From contig JBFIML010000006.1 of assembly GCA_041611735.1 (NCBI GenBank), forward strand, positions 59,936 through 123,935: a stretch of DNA of 64,000 bases, read 5' to 3'. A model generated the notes under the pieces. That model worked only from the letters and a program-made list of their open reading frames with translations. It was not told where the DNA came from and searched no databases. This document shows positions 48,701 to 56,740 of this stretch, piece after piece (position 1 is the stretch's first letter; every line of letters begins with the position of its first letter). Position numbers and translations under genes: made by a program. This stretch comes from Myxococcota bacterium (lineage in GTDB: Bacteria; Myxococcota_A; UBA9160; PR03).

Positions 48701-49047
48701 TGGACGAGGGGCTGGCCTCCCTCGAACTCCACCCACTGGTCGGCCTGGCCGTCTCCCGTGGTGTCGCGCTCCTGGCGCTTCAGGCCGCCGCCGGCGTCGT
48801 ATTCGATCCAGGTATCCATGCGGCCGTCGAGGTCCGCGTCCTGCTCGGCGCGTACGGGCTGGCCGGCCTGGTAGCGCACGATCTCGTCGGGACGGCAGTC
48901 CCCGTTGCGGTCGCTGCGCTTCTCCCGGAGCTCCTCGGTGGCGGGTTCGTAGAGCAGCTCGACGGGCGGGCAGCTCGACTGGGCCTCGGCGTGGGCGGCG
49001 GCCAGGACCGCTGCGGCGGCGAGCAGGACGAGCCGGGAACGGGCCAA
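45775..49047 (-). CDS. large exported protein with ~42 tandem DxDGDGRxD beta-hairpin repeats
   Basis: Signal peptide (..AAAHAEA), ~42 units of 24-26 aa, six Cys; follows the TonB-like gene; start TTG 49047 or CTG 49062. Confidence 0.85.
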   Translation of the reverse strand: MARSRLVLLAAAAVLAAAHAEAQSSCPPVELLYEPATEELREKRSDRNGDCRPDEIVRYQAGQPVRAEQDADLDGRMDTWIEYDAGGGLKRQERDTTGDGQADQWVEFEGGQPLVQREDRNGDGKPDATLTYAAGQPAREELDGDFDGRLDRWVTYRDGKPERVEEDQSGNGRADVRAEFGPDGAKRRELQDADGDGSFELVISYEKGQKVRVEEDPDGRGRPSVVTHYRGDEIVRREVDTTGDGAFDTLSSFEKGRERRQVRDADRDGTPELVVDFDAQGRPAREQHDEDDDGRADLVRTFEAGVKVREERDENGDGRMDLVTVFSGQQPARSEADTDHDGRYDTFVTFQDGRKVSQQEDRNGDGKNDAVYSFDAEERVAREELDTDFDGRFETVALHERGELVKRTVDTRGAGRPDRTELWGEGRLLRVELDESGDGRVDLWNFYDPQGHLEKQEQDADHDGKVDTWVDLDPASGKERRVLKDTRGDGRIDSWLTNDAAGVSVRLESDRTGDGKADRVVTFENGRPARFEEDVNGDGKPDWRGELDAEGAVVRDERDPDGDERFDVRTEYAGGEKKREERDTTGDGRFDVVTHFEAGQPVRQERDTDASGRYDTQLLFADGRQRTQRRDTDGDGKIDVIVSFDAEERPAREEVDQNRDEKPDFVKVFEAGVLVRDEADRDFDGRFELVTFYTDDRPTRSEADTNGDGRPDVLVEYQDGRKARQQEDRDFDGRPEITTVFDAEQRPARIEEDADGDGRPELATIYEAGRKVRTEKDSNGDGRPDLFVHFENDRIALREQDTDFDGIVDRRSRAGEAGRETQEADTNGDGRVDTWVVADADGKVLERREDRSGNGKPDVITRFEDGRLVRLEQDTSGHGCTDLVQRYDSAGNVVEEQRDTTGDCRIDAWSFAKDGRVVREVRDTNANGAPDVLTRFGADGRPVVQEIAEGRHRRPNKKLFLGADGQVTAQCLDTDGNGRFDARAAVRNGTVEEVLLDTDGNGVADQREVYRDGQRVRLDADTNADGRPDVIQHLAGDKVVRQDEDEDFDGRVDRRFEGQQAVPLAGDLAVPAGRFEKLDCGGVDRYWARR

Positions 49048-49058
49048 CGGCTCCGCTC

Positions 49059-50201
49059 TCAGCCGCCCGGACGCTTGCGGAACACGCCCGTGATCTGGCG
49101 GCCCGCCAAGCAGCGGACGCCGTCCGCCATGGGCGGGAAGGGCGAGGCGGAGCGCAGCGCGTCGACGGCGCTCTGACCGAGCCCCCGGTCGCCGCCCGGC
49201 ACGATCTCCACCTGGGTGGCGGAGCCGGCCGGATCCAGCCGGAAGCGCAGGCGCACCTCGACGGTGCCCGGCGGCAGGTTCGGGGGCAGCGCCCAACGCT
49301 TGTAGACTCGGTCCTGGATGCCGCTCCAGTAGGCCTGCACCTCCGCCCGCTCGAAGCAGTCCGGAGCCACGCCGCCCATGCCGGTTCCCGAGCCTCCCGG
49401 TCCGCGCAGGTAGCCGTCGCCCACGCGCGTGTTCACGTTGGCCAGCCGCGGGCCCGTGGCGGAGCCGAGCACGTCGCGGTTCGACGCGATGCCCTCGCGC
49501 ACGGACGAGCCCTCGCCGAGGTTCACGGCGCCGGTGCCCACGGTGCTCCCCTCCGCCACCACCTGCCGGGGGCCCACGGAGGGACCGGCCGGGGCCTGGG
49601 CCTCCAGGGGGCCGCGCAGCGCCGGGGCGGCGGCATCGGCCAGGTCGAGGCGACGGGGCTCGACCCCCGCCACCGAGGTCACCGCCCGGACCGTCTCCAC
49701 CTCCACCGCCGCCCGTTCGATCTGCCGCGGTGCCGTCAGGGACCCCACGGCGTCCAGCTCCAGCCTCTCGGCGGCGATCTGGGGGGTGGCGCGCGCCACC
49801 ACTCGCGGGTTGATCACCTGGGGTGCGATGGCCTGGGCCGAGGGAGCGAAGCGCGCGGAGCGCCGCTCGGCCAGCGCCTTGGGCGCCGGGGCCGGCTCTT
49901 CCGCCTTGGGGGCGGGGACTTCACGCAGCAGCTGCACCGGAATGAGTTCCTCCTCCTCGATCTGGGGGGCGAGGCTCGCCAGCCAGATCACCGAGGCGAA
50001 GAAGCCTGCGTGCAGGAGGACTGCCAGGGCGCTGGCCAGCCAGCGGCGCAGGCGCCCCTCCGGCTCGGGGAAGTGGATGCCCGGGAACGGCAGGGCGGCA
50101 GCCGCGGCTCCGGCGCGCCAGGCCGGGCCCACGCGCAGCCGGCGCATGGGGTTCCCTCGCGCCGGGCGGCGGCGCAGCCCCAGGGGATTCCTCGTCGTCA
50201 T
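49059..50201 (-). CDS. TonB/TolA-like energy transducer
   Basis: Single TM with His (ALAVLLHAG), Pro/Ala/Gly-rich linker, C-terminal YWSGIQDRVYKRW..FRLDPAG..AVDALRSASPFPP. Confidence 0.82.
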   Translation of the reverse strand: MTTRNPLGLRRRPARGNPMRRLRVGPAWRAGAAAAALPFPGIHFPEPEGRLRRWLASALAVLLHAGFFASVIWLASLAPQIEEEELIPVQLLREVPAPKAEEPAPAPKALAERRSARFAPSAQAIAPQVINPRVVARATPQIAAERLELDAVGSLTAPRQIERAAVEVETVRAVTSVAGVEPRRLDLADAAAPALRGPLEAQAPAGPSVGPRQVVAEGSTVGTGAVNLGEGSSVREGIASNRDVLGSATGPRLANVNTRVGDGYLRGPGGSGTGMGGVAPDCFERAEVQAYWSGIQDRVYKRWALPPNLPPGTVEVRLRFRLDPAGSATQVEIVPGGDRGLGQSAVDALRSASPFPPMADGVRCLAGRQITGVFRKRPGG

Positions 50202-50410
50202 GACCCGCGAACTCCCAAACCTCGCACCACGTACGGCAGGGGACTCGAACCGCTGGGAACGTGCGGGACCTCCAGACGACCCTGCGGTCTGCCGATCCTC
50301 CCTATCGGCCGAACCCCTCGTGTGTCTGACACCGGATCGGTGGCTCTGGGATTGGACGGGGTTTCGGCGGAAGTCTTCGGCAGCGCAGCGGAAAATCCTG
50401 CCGCGCGAGA

Positions 50411-50439
50411 AGCGTAAGGAAGGCCCGCGGGGGTGTCAA
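50411..50439 (-). promoter_or_regulatory. sigma-70 promoter for the tonB-like/repeat-protein operon
   Basis: Minus strand TTGACA (50439-50434)-N17-TACGCT (50416-50411). Confidence 0.65.
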
Positions 50440-50540
50440 ACGCGGGTTCGGGACGGCGCGGGACGCGGTGCGTGCCGGGGGTCGATCGGGTACCGTCGGG
50501 CCGCCGGCCACCTGGCCGGCAACAGGAGGCGAGGGGGGAA

Positions 50541-51278
50541 TTGGAAGGCGTAACGGCGATCGAATCGGTGAACCAGACCGTGAACGGCGTCCAGGCGCTC
50601 AACGGTGTGGTGTGGCTCGACATGCTCTGGGCGGGCTGGTACGCCAGCGTGCCGCTGCTGGTGGGATCGGTGCTGGTGCTGGCCGTGGCCCTGGAGCGCA
50701 TCTGGCGCTATCGGGGGCTCGAGAGCGCCACCCGGCAATTGACCCGCCACGTGGTGGACGCCCTGGTGAAGCGCGACGTGGCCACGGCCCGGGCGCTCTG
50801 CCAGAACTCCAAGAACCCCGTGGCGAAGGTCTTCCACGAGGGGCTGCGCTGGCGCAACATCGCCCTGGAGGACCTGGACCGGGTGCTCGCCACCTCCCGG
50901 CAGGAGGCCGCCGGGGATCTGCGCCGCGGTCTGTGGGTGCTCGGCACGATCGGGTCGCTGGCCCCCTTCGTGGGGCTGTTCGGGACCGTGATCGGCATCA
51001 TGAAGGCCTTCCACCAGATCGCCGTCGAGGGCTCGGGCGGCTTCGAGGTGGTGGCGGCGGGCATCTCGGAGGCGCTGATCGCCACTGCCCTGGGCCTCGG
51101 CGTCGCCATCGTGGCCCTGGCCCTCTACAACTACCTGCAGATCCGCGTGGGCGGCATCGGCAACTCCTTCGCCCGCGCCTGCGAGCGGTTCGTGCAGGCC
51201 CTGCTCTACCTGGAGGCCGCCTCGGAGTCCGCCCCCCCCTCCCCGGAGATGAGTCATGGCCATCCACAGCCTGCCTAG
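50541..51278 (+). CDS. MotA/TolQ/ExbB proton-channel protein
   Basis: LGTIGSLAPFVGLFGTVIGIM, AGISEALIATALGLGVAI; start uncertain. Confidence 0.92.
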   Translation: MEGVTAIESVNQTVNGVQALNGVVWLDMLWAGWYASVPLLVGSVLVLAVALERIWRYRGLESATRQLTRHVVDALVKRDVATARALCQNSKNPVAKVFHEGLRWRNIALEDLDRVLATSRQEAAGDLRRGLWVLGTIGSLAPFVGLFGTVIGIMKAFHQIAVEGSGGFEVVAAGISEALIATALGLGVAIVALALYNYLQIRVGGIGNSFARACERFVQALLYLEAASESAPPSPEMSHGHPQPA

Positions 51279-51693
51279 CGCCGACGAGTTCACCGGCGAG
51301 GACATCGTCGCCGAGATCAACATCACGCCGCTCACGGACATCTTCCTGGTGCTGCTCATCATCTTCATGGTCACGTCGTCGGTGATCGTGAGCCAGGGCA
51401 AGCAGGTGGACCTGCCCAACGCGGTGGTGGCGAACCAGAACCCGAGCGGCGTCACCGTCACGGTGACGGCGGCCGACGAGGTCCAGGTGGACGGGCAGAC
51501 GGTGACCCTCGAGCAGCTCCCCGCCATCCTGAAGGTTGCGCTCGAGGGGTCGCGGGACAAGCTCGTGATCCTGCGCGGGGACCGCGCCGTGCAGCTCGGG
51601 CGCGCCGTGAACGTGCTCGATCTGGCTCAGCAGGCGGGGGCCACGGGCATCGCCATCGCCACCCGGCCGCTCCCCACGGACGGGCGTCGCTAG
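51256..51693 (+). CDS. ExbD/TolR family protein
   Basis: EINITPLTDIFLVLLIIFMV (conserved Asp), VDLP, LRGD. Confidence 0.92.
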   Translation: MAIHSLPSADEFTGEDIVAEINITPLTDIFLVLLIIFMVTSSVIVSQGKQVDLPNAVVANQNPSGVTVTVTAADEVQVDGQTVTLEQLPAILKVALEGSRDKLVILRGDRAVQLGRAVNVLDLAQQAGATGIAIATRPLPTDGRR

Positions 51694-51697
51694 GGGC

Positions 51698-53221
51698 TCA
51701 GGCCGACCGGCGGCGCAGCCAGATCAGGGCCGCGGCGATCAGGCACCCCTCCGGGATCACCAGCCCGACCCCGTAGAACATCCGCAGCGAGTCCTGGGGC
51801 GTGAGCGGGAACTGGTGGGGCGTCAGCGTCTTGGGGCGCAGCGTGATCTGCTCCTCCCGCTGCGTGGCCCAGTGCACGGCGTTCAGCACCACGTCCAGGT
51901 TGTAGAGGGCCCGCAGGTAGCGGTTCGAGGCGAAGTCGCTGTCCCCGAAGACGACGATGCGCGCCTCGACCCCGTCGCGGGGATAGCGTCCCGCGGCCGC
52001 CAGCGGGAAGTGCTGGCGGGTCGCATCGGGCGGAGGCGCCGGGAGCAGGCCCCGCTCCGCGGCACGCACCTGCTCGGTGAGCCAGGCGCGCCCGGACGTG
52101 AAGGCCACCCCGGCGAGGTCGTCCTGGGGCGCCGGCTTGCGGGTGGGCAGCACGGGGCGGGCGCGCAGCAGGAAGAGCATGCGGCGCGAGTCGAGCCCGC
52201 GCACCACGGGATGCTCCGCGTAGGTGAACAGGATCGGGTTCAGCCCGGCCGCGTCCCCCTCCACCGGCCCCGAGGCCGGGTCGATCACCACGGCGTCGGG
52301 GAGCTCGAAGCCCCAGGCGCCGAGCAGCGCCTCGAGCCCCGTCTCCCTGCCCGGGTCCAGGAGCACCACCAGGCGCCCTCCGCCGCTCAGGTAGTCCGCG
52401 AGGGCCGTGAGCGTCGCGTCGCGCAGGGGGCGCTCGGGACCCACCACCAGCAGGCCGGCGGCGTCCTCGGGGACCGCGCTGGCGGCTGCCAGCACCAGCT
52501 CCCGCAGGCGGTAGCCCTCCGCGTGCAGGGCCGCGCCGAGGCCCGAGTAGCCGATGGGCTCGACGCTCGAGAAGTCGCCCTCGCCCTCGCCCCGGGCCAC
52601 GTAGAGGAGGGTCTCGTCCCGGCGCCCCAGGCGGCGCAGGGCCTCGTAGAGGCTGCCCTCGGTGGGGTTCTCCACGGTCTCGAACGTGCCGTCCAGGACC
52701 AGCACCACCGAGTTCGAGCGGGTGACCTCGTAGCGGTCCGCTTCGAGGGCGCTCTCGGCCAGGCGGCGCTGCCGCACGCGCAGGGCGGCGGCGTTCTCCT
52801 CCAGGGTCTCCAGCAGCAGCCGCGTGCGACGCACGCGCGGGTCGAAGTCCTCGAAGTACAGGGTGGCGGTGACCGCGCCGGGCAGCTCCGCCAGCGCCTG
52901 GCGGGTGGCGGGCGCCAGCTCGAAACGTCGCTCCGCGGTCCAGTCGGCCTGGAGCTCCGTGTGCTGGGCACAGCGCTCGAGAGCCACCGCTGCGGCGAGC
53001 GCGAACACCACCCAGACGGCCCGGGGCAGCAGGCGCCCCCGCCCCGTCGGCGCGCCCGCTCGCCGGGCGCCCCGGGCCACGGCCGCCACCGGCGCGGCCA
53101 GCAGGGCGACGGCGCCGGCGGCCAGGTTCGCCACGGCGAAGCCACCCAGGGACTCGGTGGTGTAGTAGGAGCCCAGCCCGAAGGCGATGGCGATCATCCC
53201 GACGAGCGCCAGGCCGCGCAC
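51698..53221 (-). CDS. GldG-like ABC-transporter auxiliary component
   Basis: N-terminal TMs, DWTAERRFELAPAT, GEGE, VVGPERP, VVFGDSDFASN, NAVHW, C-terminal TM + WLRRR. Confidence 0.82.
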   Translation of the reverse strand: MRGLALVGMIAIAFGLGSYYTTESLGGFAVANLAAGAVALLAAPVAAVARGARRAGAPTGRGRLLPRAVWVVFALAAAVALERCAQHTELQADWTAERRFELAPATRQALAELPGAVTATLYFEDFDPRVRRTRLLLETLEENAAALRVRQRRLAESALEADRYEVTRSNSVVLVLDGTFETVENPTEGSLYEALRRLGRRDETLLYVARGEGEGDFSSVEPIGYSGLGAALHAEGYRLRELVLAAASAVPEDAAGLLVVGPERPLRDATLTALADYLSGGGRLVVLLDPGRETGLEALLGAWGFELPDAVVIDPASGPVEGDAAGLNPILFTYAEHPVVRGLDSRRMLFLLRARPVLPTRKPAPQDDLAGVAFTSGRAWLTEQVRAAERGLLPAPPPDATRQHFPLAAAGRYPRDGVEARIVVFGDSDFASNRYLRALYNLDVVLNAVHWATQREEQITLRPKTLTPHQFPLTPQDSLRMFYGVGLVIPEGCLIAAALIWLRRRSA

Positions 53222-53222
53222 C

Positions 53223-54011
53223 CTACCGGACCCGCGCCTGCTCGAGGGAGAAGCGCGCCAGGGCGAACGCCACCAGCCCGTAGCCGGCGAAGTACGCCAG
53301 GTCGCCGAGCCGCACCAGGCCCTCGGCGAAGGCCCCGAAGCGCGGGTGCAACGAGAGGGCGTCGAGCACCTGCGCCGCCGTCTCGGGCGCGAAGGAGGAG
53401 GTCCAGCGGAAGTCGTACAGGACGAAGGCCACCGCGTAGGCCGAGATGGCCGCCAGCAGCTGGTTGCTGCTGAAGGCGGAGCAGGCCAGGCCCACCGAGG
53501 CCAGGGCGATCCCGAGGCCGAACAGGCCCACGTAGACCGCCAGCAGGTGGGGCAGCCCGAGGCCCGCCCGCACCACCGAGGTGGCCGGGTAGACGAAGCT
53601 CAGCCCCAGCATGAGCAGGACGAACAGGTAGGTGGCCAGGAACTTGCCGAGCACGATCTGGTTGGGGGTGAGCAGGGTCGTCGCCAGCAGCTCGTCGGTG
53701 CCCCGGGAGCGCTCCTCCGAGAAGACCCGCATGGTGACCAGCGGCACCAGCCCGATCAGCGTGAGGGCCAGCGTCTCCATCACGGGCAGGAAGACCTGGT
53801 CGCGCAGGTTCACGTAGACGGGCACCGTGTCGGTCTCGAACCCGCCCATGTTGCTCGAGGCGTACAGGAAGAGGATCTGGTTGTAGAGGCGCAGGTGGTC
53901 GAAGAAGAGCAGGGCGGTCACCAGGCTCACGCCGGTCAGGGTGAGCCAGGCCATGGGCGAGCCGAACAGGACCGTGATCTCCTTGCGCACCAGTGCCCGC
54001 AGCGGGATCAC
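53223..54011 (-). CDS. ABC-2 type permease (GldF-like)
   Basis: RKEITVLFGSPMAW, TMRVFSEERSRGTDELLAT, IVLGKF, SNQLLAA. Confidence 0.88.
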   Translation of the reverse strand: MIPLRALVRKEITVLFGSPMAWLTLTGVSLVTALLFFDHLRLYNQILFLYASSNMGGFETDTVPVYVNLRDQVFLPVMETLALTLIGLVPLVTMRVFSEERSRGTDELLATTLLTPNQIVLGKFLATYLFVLLMLGLSFVYPATSVVRAGLGLPHLLAVYVGLFGLGIALASVGLACSAFSSNQLLAAISAYAVAFVLYDFRWTSSFAPETAAQVLDALSLHPRFGAFAEGLVRLGDLAYFAGYGLVAFALARFSLEQARVR

Positions 54012-54751
54012 GGGGCGACCCCCGTCTCGCCGCGGAACAGGCGCAGCGGGTCGGCGCTGCCGAGCAGCTCGTCCGTGGCGCCCAGGGCCACCAGGCGACC
54101 GCGGTGCAGCACCGCGACGCGGTGGGTGAGCTCCCGCGCTTCGGCCAGATCGTGGGTGCACAGCAGCACCGTGCGTCGCCCGCGCGCCTCGCGCAGCACC
54201 CGACGCACCTCCGCCTGCTGGACCGGATCGAGCCCGCTGGTGGGTTCGTCCACGATCAGCAGGGCGGGATCGTGGAGGAACGCCTGGGCGAGGCTGACGC
54301 GCTGCTGGTAGCCCTTGGAGAGGTGGCCGATCGGGCGCCCGGCCACGTCGTCGAGGCCGAAGCGGCCGAGCGCGGCCTTCACCGCCTGCCGGGCCGCGGG
54401 GCCGCGCAGCCCCCGGGCGCCGGCGGCGAAGCGCAGGAAGCCGCGCACGCCGAGCTCCGGGTAGAGGCGGGAGGTCTCGGCCACGAAGCCGACGCGGGCG
54501 TTCACGGCCCGGGCGTCCCTCACCGGGGAGAGGCCGTCCACCCGCACCTCGCCCCGGGTGGGGACCAGGTAGCCCGTCACCAGGCGGATGAAGGTGGTCT
54601 TGCCGGCGCCGTTGGCGCCGAGCAGCCCGAAGGGCTCGCCCGGCTCGACGCGCAGGGAGACGCCGTGGAGGGCGGCCCGGTCCCCGAAGTAACGGGTGAG
54701 CTCCACCGCCTCGATCGTCGCTCCGGAGCCGGTCCCGCCGTCTGCGCCCAT
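54008..54751 (-). CDS. ABC transporter ATP-binding protein (GldA-like)
   Basis: GANGAGKT, LSKGYQQR, IVDEPTSGLDP, TH. Confidence 0.92.
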   Translation of the reverse strand: MGADGGTGSGATIEAVELTRYFGDRAALHGVSLRVEPGEPFGLLGANGAGKTTFIRLVTGYLVPTRGEVRVDGLSPVRDARAVNARVGFVAETSRLYPELGVRGFLRFAAGARGLRGPAARQAVKAALGRFGLDDVAGRPIGHLSKGYQQRVSLAQAFLHDPALLIVDEPTSGLDPVQQAEVRRVLREARGRRTVLLCTHDLAEARELTHRVAVLHRGRLVALGATDELLGSADPLRLFRGETGVAP

Positions 54752-54845
54752 GGGTCCCCCGCGCGCCGTGGGGAAACGCGATGCGCCATCCTCCTACGTT
54801 TCCGCGTCTCGCGGGGTTTCGCATCCCTCGCCGCGTCGTTGCGGC

Positions 54846-54873
54846 TTGCCACCGGGAGGCGGGCTCCTACATT
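54846..54873 (+). promoter_or_regulatory. candidate sigma-70 promoter for the small Cys-rich gene
   Basis: TTGCCA-N16-TACATT, ATG 10 nt downstream. Confidence 0.45.
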
Positions 54874-54883
54874 GCGTCCCGCC

Positions 54884-55114
54884 ATGACCGATTACCGACC
54901 TGCCAGCGGCTCCTGTGCCCGCTGCCGCGCCGCCCTCGGCACGGCCTCCCTGAAGCGCGACGGGGTCTGGTACTGCAGCCCCGCCTGCGCCGAGGGGCAC
55001 CCGGAGCCGGCCCGGACCACCGCAGTGCCCGAGTCCCGGCTCTACGGCGTCCCGCGCCGCTTCTTCCGTTCCCGCCGGCCCAAGGAGCTACGCGGCGCCC
55101 GTTCGGGCGCCTGA
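54884..55114 (+). CDS. small zinc-finger protein resembling the SmtA/BmtA metallothionein core
   Basis: CARC-x16-CSPACAEGH in a 76-aa ORF with its own promoter. Confidence 0.65.
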   Translation: MTDYRPASGSCARCRAALGTASLKRDGVWYCSPACAEGHPEPARTTAVPESRLYGVPRRFFRSRRPKELRGARSGA

Positions 55115-55204
55115 CCGCGCCGCTGGTCGCCAGGCGCCGAAGCGCTTCCGGATCGGGGGCTTGGACCCCTCAACTTCTCATGGGTTCCACCGATCAGAAG
55201 CGGC

Positions 55205-56740
55205 GTGTGGCGCACCTCCGCAGGGCTCTCGGCGCTGGCGCTGCTGGCCCAGGGCCTCCAGCTCGCCCTGCACCTGTTCCTGGCCCGGCGCTACGGCGCC
55301 GGGCCGCAGGTGGACGCCTACGTGGCAGCCGTCACCGCTCCGCAGCTCCTGGTGGCGCTCCTGGTGGGGCCGAGCAGCCAGCTCCTGATTCCCCTCCTGG
55401 TCCGGGAGCGGGAGGCGGGGGAGGGGGCCTACGCCCGGGCCCGCAACGCCCTGCTCGTGGCCGTGGCGGGCTTCGGCGCCGGGGCCGCGGCGCTGCTGGC
55501 CCTCGCCCCGCAGCTCTGGCTCGGGCTCGTGGCGCCGGGTCTCCACGGCGAGGCGGCCCGCCTGGCCTCCGGCCACCTGCGCTGGGCCGCCCCGGCCCTG
55601 GTGCCGGGTGCGCTCGGGGCGTATCTCGCCCAGACCCACGCGGTCCGCGGACGCTTCGCGGTCCCGGCCTGGATCGCGGCGCTCAGCTCGGCGGGGCTGC
55701 TGCTGGGCTTCCTGAGCTACGAGGCGGCGTACGGGCTGCAAGCGCTCCTGATCGGGCAGCTCGTGGCGCAGTCGCTCGCTGCCACCGCCCTGCTCGTCTC
55801 GGAGCTCGGGCGTCTGCCGGGGCCCCTGGCGCTGCGCCATGCGGCTCTGCGCCAGGTGGCGAGCCTCGGCCTGCCCGTCCTGGTGGTGGCGGCCAACACG
55901 CGGCTGAGCGCCGCCGTGGATCGCTACTTCGCCTCGCTGCTTGGGGACGGAAGCCTGGCACTGCTCTACTACGCCGATCGCTGGCTCGTCCTCACCCACA
56001 CGGTGGTGGCGATGCCGCTGGTGGCGGTGCTCTACACGCGTCTCGCGCGTTCGCGCCCCGCCGGCGACGACGCCGGGGCACGCGACACCAGCGCGGCCCT
56101 CTCGGGCACGCTCTTCGCGGGGCTTCCCCTGGCCGCCGGGACCTGGGTGGCGGCGCCGGATCTCGCGGCGGTCCTGCTCGCAGGGGCGCGGCGCGGGGCC
56201 AGCCCCGAAGCCATGGCGAGCCTCGCCCTCTGCCTGCGCGCCTACGTGGGGGCCCTGGCACTGGCCGGCACCGGAAGCCTGCTGGTGCGCGTCTTCTACG
56301 TGGCCCGCGACACCTGGACGCCCATGTGCTGGGGCGGCCTGCTTCCCATGCTCGCCAACGTGGGCCTCGACGCCCTGGTCTATCGCCGCTTCGGGGTGGT
56401 GGGGCTCGCGGCCGTCACGTCGTTGAACGCGATCCTCGCCCTGGGCGCTCTCGCGGCCATCCTGGCCCGCCGCGAGCCGGAGCTGCTGGGGCGCGAGCTT
56501 GCGCGCGGCACGCTGCGGGCTCTCGCCGGCTGCACCGTGATCGTTGCGCTCGGAGCGATGATGACCCAGCTCCTGCCCGGAAACGGGCCCGGGGTGGCGG
56601 CGCTGCGTCTCGCCTGGCTCGGCGTGCTCTCGGCCGGGGGCTACCTGGCCGCCACGGCGCTCCTGGGGAGCCCCGAGGCCCGGGAGATCTGGGGCATCGG
56701 GCGCCGGCGCGCGCCCGCGCCCCAGGTACGCCACCCGTGA
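55205..56740 (+). CDS. MurJ/MviN-like lipid-linked glycan flippase
   Basis: ARRYGAGPQVDAYVAA, VDRYFASLLGDGSLALLYYADR, RVFYVARDTWTP; multi-TM. Confidence 0.8.
   Translation: MWRTSAGLSALALLAQGLQLALHLFLARRYGAGPQVDAYVAAVTAPQLLVALLVGPSSQLLIPLLVREREAGEGAYARARNALLVAVAGFGAGAAALLALAPQLWLGLVAPGLHGEAARLASGHLRWAAPALVPGALGAYLAQTHAVRGRFAVPAWIAALSSAGLLLGFLSYEAAYGLQALLIGQLVAQSLAATALLVSELGRLPGPLALRHAALRQVASLGLPVLVVAANTRLSAAVDRYFASLLGDGSLALLYYADRWLVLTHTVVAMPLVAVLYTRLARSRPAGDDAGARDTSAALSGTLFAGLPLAAGTWVAAPDLAAVLLAGARRGASPEAMASLALCLRAYVGALALAGTGSLLVRVFYVARDTWTPMCWGGLLPMLANVGLDALVYRRFGVVGLAAVTSLNAILALGALAAILARREPELLGRELARGTLRALAGCTVIVALGAMMTQLLPGNGPGVAALRLAWLGVLSAGGYLAATALLGSPEAREIWGIGRRRAPAPQVRHP

Noticed and set aside
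45775-49047. ~72-75-bp periodic DNA repeats as a CRISPR array, or the protein as an RHS toxin
   Set aside because: Repeats are degenerate, in frame and conserved at protein level; no cas genes, no RHS core terminal motif, toxin tip or immunity gene
50235-50254. tRNA T-arm-like GGTTCGAGTCCC (minus strand) as a tRNA or att-site fragment
   Set aside because: Mismatched stem, no acceptor/anticodon arms and no integrase nearby
49059-54751. Calling the locus a gliding-motility cluster (Agl-Glt or Gld)
   Set aside because: Only one ExbD-like gene and no recognisable Glt or T9SS components; GldAFG-like ABC systems occur widely in non-gliders
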